Origin: Longimicrobiales bacterium
GTDB lineage: Bacteria; Gemmatimonadota; Gemmatimonadetes; Longimicrobiales; Gaopeijiaceae
Direction of reading: 5' to 3'
Length of the DNA: 64,000 bases
Assembly (NCBI GenBank): GCA_965249725.1
Contig: CBDFMQ010000002.1
Span: 1,152,001-1,216,000, forward strand
A program made the position numbers and the translations under genes. Every line of letters begins with the position of its first letter. Position 1 is the stretch's first letter. Shown here in pieces: positions 56,700 through 64,000 of the stretch. The notes under the pieces are model-generated. The model worked only from the letters and a program-made list of their open reading frames with translations. It ran no database searches and was not told the origin of the DNA.

Positions 56700-58328
56700 C
56701 TACCGCACTGACCCGATCAGCACTTTTCCGTCGAGGTCGTCCGGGGTGGGGATGCCTGCCAGCGCGGCCAGCGTGGGTGCTATATCGACGGTCGCGGCCG
56801 GCCCGTCGGACGAACCGGTGTTGATACCGGCCCCATAAAAGATCAACGGCACCCATCGATCGAAGTAGTACGCCGAACGGTGATCGGTGCCGACACGGCG
56901 AGTCACCCAGGAAGGAGCCACCAAAGAGTGTGGTTTCCATTGGATGTACACACCGAATCGGGTGAGCTGATTCACGTGACGCCCCGGGACGTGGGAGTTG
57001 GCGAACAGCCGGGTGAACGAGTCCGCCGGCTGGTCTACCTCGAGGTCGGCGAAGGTGAACACTCGACGGATACTCGGAAGGGCCTCGAGGGCCTCAACAA
57101 GCCTGGGAGCCAGGTCCCTGCTCGCCTCTTGATCGACCACAACGCTCTGTGCCTTCACAAGTACCTCTCGGACATCCTCCACGGTGAGGCGAGCCACCGG
57201 AGTTTCGAGGTGCTCGGGGATGTCGGACACCCCGTGATCGCTGGACAGCGCCATGACCCAGTTGTCCTCGCCCACCTCCTCATCGAGGAAGGTCATGAGC
57301 TGCCCGAGCAGCCCGTCGAGCCGAATCAGATTGTCGAGCTGCTCTCGACTGCGCGGCCCGTAGCCGTGTCCCATGGCGTCGGTCTGCGAGAACGATAGCG
57401 CCAAGAAATCCACCTCGTTGCGCTGTCCCAGCTCTCGCTCCTCGACGGCCGCCATGGCCATGTGGAGGACGGCCTTGTCCGGGTAGGGTGTGCCATAGCG
57501 CCAGGTGTTGAGGCCCCGCTCGCCCTCGGACACCACTTCCGCGCGGGCCAGATGAGGAAAGCCGCTGCGCCCTGGTGCGCCCTCCCACTGCGAGGTATCG
57601 GGCCGGGTCAGATGCAGCAACTCGTCCGGAATCTGGCTTTCCCAGACCGTATCCGAGTAGACGTCCGGTAGGACCTCCTCGTTGAAACGCACGACCCAGT
57701 CCGGATATCGATCAGCGTAGAATCCGGAAGTGGCAAACTTCCCGAACTCTTGGAGAAGCCAGTACACCTCTCCCTTGGTCTTCCCGGCCAAGTTGATGGC
57801 CGCCACATCCTTCCGGGAGATCGAGACGATGCGAGCATCGTCGTCCTCTTCCTCGATCCAGTCGGCCAGTCCGCCCCGGGCCAGATTAGCCGAGGAGCGT
57901 CCTCGATAGCCCGTATAGCCGAGTATCGGCGACGACGAGTCCGCGACGGCAAACATAGGCTTAAGGTCGCCGTCTTCTACCTCGTACCACTCGTTCGCCA
58001 CCATGCGATGCTTCGCCGGGTGGACTCCGGTCGAAACCGTCGCGTGACCGGGCGCGGTGGAGGTCACGGCATGGTCGTGGGTGGTCCTAGTAAACTGAAA
58101 CCCCTCGTCGAGAAGTGTGCGGATGCCCCCGCTGAACGCCTCAGAGTACTCGGGTAGCAGGTCACCGCGGAGCTGGTCCACCACCACCAAAACCACGAGC
58201 TTGGGGGCTGCCTGCGACCCCCACAACACGTCGGTTCGGAGGGGGGGGGCTGCCGTGGCACCACACGCGACCACAGCGGCCGCCAGAGCGAACAACGCCA
58301 CCAACTCCCTCGACTTCGTGATTCTCAA
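56700..58328 (-). CDS. Alkaline phosphatase superfamily (PafA/nucleotide pyrophosphatase-like) lipoprotein
   Basis: Lipobox VVAC, VVVDQLRGD, TSTAPGHATVSTG, TDAMGHGYGP, SSDHG, VDIAPTLA. Confidence 0.88.
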   Translation of the reverse strand: MRITKSRELVALFALAAAVVACGATAAPPLRTDVLWGSQAAPKLVVLVVVDQLRGDLLPEYSEAFSGGIRTLLDEGFQFTRTTHDHAVTSTAPGHATVSTGVHPAKHRMVANEWYEVEDGDLKPMFAVADSSSPILGYTGYRGRSSANLARGGLADWIEEEDDDARIVSISRKDVAAINLAGKTKGEVYWLLQEFGKFATSGFYADRYPDWVVRFNEEVLPDVYSDTVWESQIPDELLHLTRPDTSQWEGAPGRSGFPHLARAEVVSEGERGLNTWRYGTPYPDKAVLHMAMAAVEERELGQRNEVDFLALSFSQTDAMGHGYGPRSREQLDNLIRLDGLLGQLMTFLDEEVGEDNWVMALSSDHGVSDIPEHLETPVARLTVEDVREVLVKAQSVVVDQEASRDLAPRLVEALEALPSIRRVFTFADLEVDQPADSFTRLFANSHVPGRHVNQLTRFGVYIQWKPHSLVAPSWVTRRVGTDHRSAYYFDRWVPLIFYGAGINTGSSDGPAATVDIAPTLAALAGIPTPDDLDGKVLIGSVR

Positions 58329-58497
58329 AAACCCTCCGCAGTGGAACCGCTCAGCAATCCCTTTTCCAACGTCCCACCCAGACCCATGAACCCATCGTTC
58401 ATACCGGGGTTAGACTCCCCTGGATCCAAGAACTCTGGAAACGCCCCCGTCGTACCTGAGAGAGCCCGGGAGCCGGGGCCGACCTGTTTGATGCGCC

Positions 58498-60861
58498 ATG
58501 ACTGAACATATAGACCGCGCTGTGCCAAGCCCCGGGCGAGATTTCGTCCGCGCCATCATCGCCGACGACGTAGACTCGGGCAAGCACGCAGGCGCGGTGG
58601 TCACTCGCTTTCCCCCGGAGCCCAACGGGTACCTGCACATCGGTCACGCCAAGTCGATTTGCCTCAACTTCGGCGCGGCGGCCGAGCACGATGGTGTAAC
58701 CCACCTCCGCTTCGACGACACGAATCCCGAAACCGAGGACGAGCTGTACGTCCGCTCCATTCAGGAGGACGTCCGCTGGCTCGGCTTCGACTGGGGGGAG
58801 CACCTCTACTTCGCATCGGACTACTTCGAGCGGCTGTACGAGTACGCGACGGATCTGATCAAGACGGGCAAGGCCTACGTGGACAGTTCGAGCGGAGAGG
58901 ACATCCGCGAGTACCGAGGCACGGTCGGTGAGTCCGGACGAGAGAGTCCGTTCCGTGATCGTACCGTCGAAGAGAACCTCGACCTCTTCGAGCGCATGCG
59001 GGCCGGAGAGTTCGGAGATGGCGAGCACGTGCTGCGAGCCCGGATCGACATGGCGTCGAACAACATGCTCATGCGTGATCCGGTCCTCTATCGCATCCGC
59101 CATGCCGACCATTACCGGACCGGCGGGGATTGGTGCATCTACCCGCTCTACGACTTCACGCATTGTCTCTCGGATTCGATCGAGGGGATCACGCACTCCG
59201 TGTGCACGCTGGAGTTCGAGAACAACCGGGAGTTGTACGACTGGGTGTTGGACAATCTGGACGTCCCACGCCCCCACCCGCGTCAGTACGAAATGGCTCG
59301 CCTCAACCTCGAGTACACGGTACTGAGCAAGCGGAAACTGCTGGCTCTGGTGAACGACGGGCACGTATCGGGCTGGGACGATCCCCGGATGCCCACCATC
59401 GCCGGAATGCGACGCAGGGGTGTGCCGCCAGGAGCGCTGCGGGCCTTCTGCGACATGATCGGAGTGGCGAAGACCGAGAATCGTGTGGACATCGGTAAGC
59501 TCGAGTATGCCATCCGGGACGAGCTGAACCACGAGGCACGCAGAGTCATGTGCGTCCTGCGCCCGCTGAAAATGGTCGTCACCAACTATCCAGAGGGAGA
59601 AGTCGAGGAGTTGGAAGCCCCATATTTCCCGAAGGATGTCGGCAAGGAAGGGTCCCGGACCATTCCATTCACCCGCGAGCTCTTCATCGAAGAGAGCGAC
59701 TTCGAGGAGGATCCTCCCAAGGGTTTCAAACGATTGACGCCGGGCGAGGAGGTGCGCCTCCGCTATGGGTACGTGGTGCGCTGCACGGAGGTCATCAAGG
59801 ACGAGGCCGGCAACGTCTCGGAGATCCACTGCACCTACGATCCGGAAACTCGGGGCGGCAACACGCCGGACGGCCGGAAGGTGAAGGGCACGATTCACTG
59901 GGTCTCCGCTTCCGAATCGCTGCCGGTCGATGTGCGCCTGTATGACCGTCTCTTCGTACGAGCCGACCCCGACGACGTCGAAGAGGACGAGGAGTTCACG
60001 GCGCACCTGAATCCCGATTCCCTCGTGGTGCTCACCGAAAGCCGGATCGAATCAAGCGTGGGCGCGGAGGGGCTCGAAGGCCCCTATCAGTTCGAGAGGA
60101 CGGGGTACTTCGTGGCCGACTCGGTGGATTCGAAGCCCGACAGGATGGTTTTCAATCGCACGGTCACTCTCCGAGACAGCTGGGCGAAGGCGCGTGAGGC
60201 TGCCGCGTCGAGCTCCGACAGCACGGATGCGGCGAAGACAACCGAAGCGGGACTGGAGTCAAAGGGATCCCAGCCGAACGACACGCCTCCGCCCCCTCGA
60301 TCGGCTCGTCCCGAGGACGCAGAGGCCGCGAGGACCTATGACGAACTCATGTCGGCTGCAGGCCTCTCAGATGCGGAGGCTTCGGTCCTGGCTCAGGACG
60401 CAGAGCTGCTCTCCTTGTTCGGGGACGCGTCAGACCACACCGGCGACGTCGTCGCCTTGGCTAGGTGGGTGGTGAACGAGGTCCCTCGCATCCGGGAGGG
60501 CCGCCCGTTGGCCGAGCTGCCCTTTGGTGGAGCCGAACTCGGCGGCTTGGTGGACCTTGTCTCGAACGGTGCCGTGTCGGGGCGGGCGGCTAAAGACGTC
60601 TTGGCCGTCCTGGCCATAGAGGGGGGTGACCCTGCAGCTGTCATCGAAGAGCGCGGGCTGGGCCAGGTGAGCGACGCCTCCGCGCTAGAGCCCCTGGTGA
60701 AGGCGGTGATGGACGGAAATCCCGACAAGGTAGAGGCTTACCGAGGCGGCAAGACGGGCCTGCTGGACTTCTTCGTCGGTCAGGTGCTGAGGGTAACCAA
60801 AGGCGCCGCTGATCCGGAGCTTACGCAGCGCATGCTTCGGGACGCGCTGGGCGGGGACTGA
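58498..60861 (+). CDS. glnS: Glutamine--tRNA ligase with C-terminal GatB/YqeY domain
   Basis: [50 protein letters not shown]; tail [26 protein letters not shown]. Confidence 0.95.
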   Translation: MTEHIDRAVPSPGRDFVRAIIADDVDSGKHAGAVVTRFPPEPNGYLHIGHAKSICLNFGAAAEHDGVTHLRFDDTNPETEDELYVRSIQEDVRWLGFDWGEHLYFASDYFERLYEYATDLIKTGKAYVDSSSGEDIREYRGTVGESGRESPFRDRTVEENLDLFERMRAGEFGDGEHVLRARIDMASNNMLMRDPVLYRIRHADHYRTGGDWCIYPLYDFTHCLSDSIEGITHSVCTLEFENNRELYDWVLDNLDVPRPHPRQYEMARLNLEYTVLSKRKLLALVNDGHVSGWDDPRMPTIAGMRRRGVPPGALRAFCDMIGVAKTENRVDIGKLEYAIRDELNHEARRVMCVLRPLKMVVTNYPEGEVEELEAPYFPKDVGKEGSRTIPFTRELFIEESDFEEDPPKGFKRLTPGEEVRLRYGYVVRCTEVIKDEAGNVSEIHCTYDPETRGGNTPDGRKVKGTIHWVSASESLPVDVRLYDRLFVRADPDDVEEDEEFTAHLNPDSLVVLTESRIESSVGAEGLEGPYQFERTGYFVADSVDSKPDRMVFNRTVTLRDSWAKAREAAASSSDSTDAAKTTEAGLESKGSQPNDTPPPPRSARPEDAEAARTYDELMSAAGLSDAEASVLAQDAELLSLFGDASDHTGDVVALARWVVNEVPRIREGRPLAELPFGGAELGGLVDLVSNGAVSGRAAKDVLAVLAIEGGDPAAVIEERGLGQVSDASALEPLVKAVMDGNPDKVEAYRGGKTGLLDFFVGQVLRVTKGAADPELTQRMLRDALGGD

Positions 60862-60869
60862 GTCGGGTC

Positions 60870-62387
60870 TCAGGGGCGGGAAACGACACCCAGACCCTCG
60901 TCTCCGGACCCATACACATAGTCCTCGAGCGCGCCGTGAATACGGTCCACCGTCTCCGACGACGGAGGAGCGCTGAGCCTCGACACGACGATGCACGCCA
61001 CGAAGTTGGCCAGCAGTGACCAGATCGCGCCGTGCACGCCACGCGGATGGGGCACCACGGCCAGAGTCCAATAGAGGGTGATCATCCCGGCTGCGATGCC
61101 GGTCAGGACCCCTACCCTGCTGAACGGGCGCCGCGTCGGGTAACAGACGCCCAAGGTACCGGGCAGGAGTTGCAGCGCTCCCGCCCCGGAAAGTGTGACG
61201 AGGGTCACGAGGAAGCTGAAGGTGTTCACCGACAGCACGTAGCCCACGACGAGGAGCGCCAGCACGATGCCCCTCCCGATCCACAGGTAGTGGGCCGCAT
61301 CGCGGTCCGGGGCCACGTAACGCTGGTAGATGTCCCGGGTCAGCACGGTCATGTTCGCGTGGAGTATGGAGTCCAGCGTCGACATGGCCGCGGCGGTCGC
61401 CCCTGCGAGAATCAGCCCGGTGAGCCAAGCCGGGGCGTACAGGACCAACAACTCCGGAAAGATCCGGTCCGGGGTCGCCAGGTCGGGAAGGATGATGGCC
61501 CCGCCCAGACCCACCAGAGCGGCCGGAATGTACAGCGTCATGAGGAAGATGGGCGTGGTGGCGCCCAGCCACTTGATCACCCGTCCCGAGGTGGCGGTGT
61601 AGTAGCGGATCATCATATGGGGTTGAAGCACGATTCCGAAGGACAGTGCCACCGTCATGCCCACCCACATGCCCGGAGTGAAGAAGCCCTCGGGTCCGGG
61701 CAGCCGCAACAAATCGGGACGCTCCTCCGCCACCCTGCGCCAAAGGGCCAGCGGGCCTCCGAAGAGCCTTTCGGCCAGTACGAGGGCCCCGGCCCACACG
61801 GCCACGTACATCCAGGCCCCTTGGATCACGTCGGTCCAGTACACCGCGCGAAGCCCACCCGCCATGAGGTATCCACCCGCAACGATGAGGAGGATCAGGG
61901 TGCCAATCTCGAATGAGATCCGGTCGCCGGACGCAACGGAGATGATGTACCCGAGACCCTGCGCCTGAACCTGGATGTACAGCACGGTGAAGAGCACGGA
62001 GACGAGGGCCACCACCACCCGGACGGCCTCACTCTCGTAGAAGTCCGCCAGCATGTCAGCGGGGGTGATGTACCCGAAGCGCTTTCCGAGAGCCCAGATG
62101 CGGACACCGAGCGTGTAGGTGATCGCACCGACCATCACCGTCCAAGTTCCGGCCTCCCAGAACCCGATTCCGTGGGTATAGAAGAACCCGCCCGAACCCA
62201 GGAACGCGAAGGCCGAATGGTAGCTGGCGACCACCGTGAGGTAGAGGACGACGAACCCGGCCTTCCGGCCATAGAGGAGGAAATCCTCGAGATCCACGGA
62301 CATCGCACGGTTCGCCAGGAAACCGAGTACAATCGTGACGAGGATGTAGGCGAAGATGAGACCGGTGGCGACGACCCAGCTCTCCAT
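60870..62387 (-). CDS. Sodium:solute symporter (SSS) family protein
   Basis: SAFAFLG, YITPADML, GGLRAVYWTDVIQG, AAAMSTLDS; about 13 TM helices. Confidence 0.9.
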   Translation of the reverse strand: MESWVVATGLIFAYILVTIVLGFLANRAMSVDLEDFLLYGRKAGFVVLYLTVVASYHSAFAFLGSGGFFYTHGIGFWEAGTWTVMVGAITYTLGVRIWALGKRFGYITPADMLADFYESEAVRVVVALVSVLFTVLYIQVQAQGLGYIISVASGDRISFEIGTLILLIVAGGYLMAGGLRAVYWTDVIQGAWMYVAVWAGALVLAERLFGGPLALWRRVAEERPDLLRLPGPEGFFTPGMWVGMTVALSFGIVLQPHMMIRYYTATSGRVIKWLGATTPIFLMTLYIPAALVGLGGAIILPDLATPDRIFPELLVLYAPAWLTGLILAGATAAAMSTLDSILHANMTVLTRDIYQRYVAPDRDAAHYLWIGRGIVLALLVVGYVLSVNTFSFLVTLVTLSGAGALQLLPGTLGVCYPTRRPFSRVGVLTGIAAGMITLYWTLAVVPHPRGVHGAIWSLLANFVACIVVSRLSAPPSSETVDRIHGALEDYVYGSGDEGLGVVSRP

Positions 62388-62391
62388 CTCT

Positions 62392-62616
62392 TCAGACCTT
62401 CTTCCGCAGGGCCCAGAGAAGGACGCCGATGAGCGCGAAGTAGATGGCGCCCAGGTAGATGTAGAGGAAGGGCATGCCCAGGAGCCAGCCCCCGCCGAAC
62501 GACGCGTCGACCCAGTGCACGATGGGGGGCTGGGCCAGCGCCATCAGCGCCAGGAAGGCGCAGAGGCTGACCCAACCGGCCGCGGAGCGGGGCACGTAGT
62601 GGCTTCGGATGCTCAT
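62392..62616 (-). CDS. Small two-TM membrane protein, SSS-associated (DUF3311/DUF485-like)
   Basis: MSIRSHYVP...LAQPP...WLLGMPFLYIY; immediately upstream of the symporter. Confidence 0.7.
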   Translation of the reverse strand: MSIRSHYVPRSAAGWVSLCAFLALMALAQPPIVHWVDASFGGGWLLGMPFLYIYLGAIYFALIGVLLWALRKKV

Positions 62617-62659
62617 CGCGGCGTGTATCTCGTCAAATGGAGTATCTCGGAGCGGAAGA

Positions 62660-64000
62660 CTAGGAGAAGGCCAGCAGGAGGGCCACAGCGACCCCAGCAC
62701 CCACCAGCGTATTCGTGAGGTTCAGCACCTCGTTGTCGGATCCACGCCGGTCCCCGAGGAGGGAGGCGAGCAACGACTCCGTCATGGACCCGACGAAGGC
62801 ACCGGTGACCACGGCCATCGCCCCGCTCGGAGCGACAAGGCCGAGTGCCGTTGCGAGCAGAGCCATCGCCACCGCGGCGAGCGCCCCGGCGACCGTTCCC
62901 GGCACGGACACGGCGCCACCCGTGCCCGCTGGAACGGACTGGAGCGTCGGGACCCGATAGTGTCTCCGTCCAAACGCCTTGCCGACCTCCGTGGCCGTGG
63001 TGTCGAACAAGGCCGTGGCAAAGGCCGCCACCATGGCCAGTGTGAACAACTCGGTAGAGGGAGTGGCCACAGCCAGGAACGCGAAAGCGACCGCCGCGCC
63101 CGTGTTGGCGAACGCGCTTCCTGCCCCCCTTCGCCCTCCGCTCTCCTGAGCGATATCCAAGGCGACCTTGCGGGCGTGACCCAGGCGCGTCATCCCCACC
63201 CCACCGACCACCAGGAGGATGAGCAGAGCGAACCCGGGCCACCCCGCGAACCCATACAGCAGAGTGCCTATTACGAGGCCAGCGAACGCACCGGCACGGT
63301 CCACCGATTGGGTGCCGTAGGCCAAGACCGCGAACGGAGTGGTCACCGCCACTCCCCACATCAGGCCGGACACGAGTGCGGAGGCGCCCTCGACGAGATG
63401 GCTCGGACTCACGAGGGCAGCCGCCCACAGCACCGCGCCGCCCGCAACGGGCACCAGAATGTTGTCGTCGACGGTGCTCTCGAGAGACTCCGCCAGGGCC
63501 GCGGCGACCGCCGCCGCGAGACAGCCGACGAGCAGGAACGCGACACCGCCCCCGGCGCTCTGGTCACTCATGAAGAAGGACGGACCGACCCAAGTCACGT
63601 CGATCGCCGGCCAGAAGGAGGTCACTCCGCGCGCAAGCTGCGTCCACCGAATCAGGCACGCCGATGCGATCGTCCCGTACAACACGAAGGCCCCTACCCC
63701 CGCCCAGGTCTTCTTCCGGTTCCAGGAGAGTCGCGGGCCGCCCAACGCGAGTCCCGACACGGTCGCCATGCCATCGCCGACCGCTAGGAGTGCCCAGATA
63801 CCGGCGGCCAGCTCCAGCCGAGACCGGAACACCAGGAACACACCGATGAGGACGGCCGGATAGATCACGATGCCCGCAGAGAAGCCTCGGGCCTGCTCGT
63901 CGGGCCGCAACAGTCTGTTGCGCGTCATCCCATGAAGGAAGAAGAGGTTGAGCACCAGGGCGGCCACAGCCATCAGGACGGCCTGCCAAGGCGTCAGCCA
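62660..64000 (-). CDS. DUF92 (TMEM19-like) membrane protein with N-terminal phytol/dolichol-kinase-like (CTP_transf_1) region; 5' end outside the window
   Basis: VGDGMAT..G..L.WNRKKTWAG and ESLESTVDDNILVP, followed by GGRRGAGSAFAN, DTTATEVG, GTGGAVS..GT, NEVLNLTNT; frame open to 64000. Confidence 0.8.
   Translation of the reverse strand, partial: WLTPWQAVLMAVAALVLNLFFLHGMTRNRLLRPDEQARGFSAGIVIYPAVLIGVFLVFRSRLELAAGIWALLAVGDGMATVSGLALGGPRLSWNRKKTWAGVGAFVLYGTIASACLIRWTQLARGVTSFWPAIDVTWVGPSFFMSDQSAGGGVAFLLVGCLAAAVAAALAESLESTVDDNILVPVAGGAVLWAAALVSPSHLVEGASALVSGLMWGVAVTTPFAVLAYGTQSVDRAGAFAGLVIGTLLYGFAGWPGFALLILLVVGGVGMTRLGHARKVALDIAQESGGRRGAGSAFANTGAAVAFAFLAVATPSTELFTLAMVAAFATALFDTTATEVGKAFGRRHYRVPTLQSVPAGTGGAVSVPGTVAGALAAVAMALLATALGLVAPSGAMAVVTGAFVGSMTESLLASLLGDRRGSDNEVLNLTNTLVGAGVAVALLLAFS

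Noticed and set aside
58330..58497. T-box or other leader RNA upstream of glnS
   Set aside because: No T-box consensus or terminator/antiterminator is visible, and the region is short and shared with a divergent gene.
58399..60006. Long antisense ORFs (for example 535 aa opposite glnS, 505 aa at 30174-31691, 424 aa at 3563-4837)
   Set aside because: These are shadow ORFs expected from high-GC codon bias opposite well-supported genes, with no recognisable motifs.

Overview
GC-rich bacterial chromosomal window with about 50 protein-coding genes. I found no rRNA, tRNA, CRISPR array, integrase or intact transposase. Gene content (PadR, paired VPS10/BNR proteins, HEAT/HD-GYP pair, GlnRS-YqeY, bifunctional FTCD) suggests Gemmatimonadota or a related lineage, but this is inference only. 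From left to right the window holds: (1) the 5' end of a TonB-dependent receptor; (2) an ergothioneine locus with egtC, egtD and a type-I egtB whose apparent fusion to egtD comes from a 1-nt frameshift, plus a co-oriented PLP dehydratase and a betaine/ergothioneine-type ABC importer; (3) a 15-kb minus-strand run of two VPS10/BNR paralogues, proline dehydrogenase, MFS and an amino-sugar synthesis/lipid-linked transfer cassette; (4) c-di-GMP genes (GGDEF-REC, HD-GYP, HEAT plus HD-GYP); (5) ybbP-ybbA-tesA; (6) Rho with a Q/R/G-rich N-terminal extension; (7) a histidine-utilisation operon; (8) a DUF1538/PII/PII/RCK-C/Na+:H+ antiporter-cNMP module; (9) an alkaline phosphatase family gene, glnS-YqeY, an SSS symporter and a DUF92 gene. 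The strongest hidden signals are in the hut operon. Its first gene is an AhpD-like selenoprotein that the ORF track splits in two (CxxU with in-frame UGA and a SECIS-like hairpin) and that is translationally coupled to hutH. Its FTCD carries an inserted C2H2 zinc-finger motif. All calls come from reading motifs by eye; no database searches were run.
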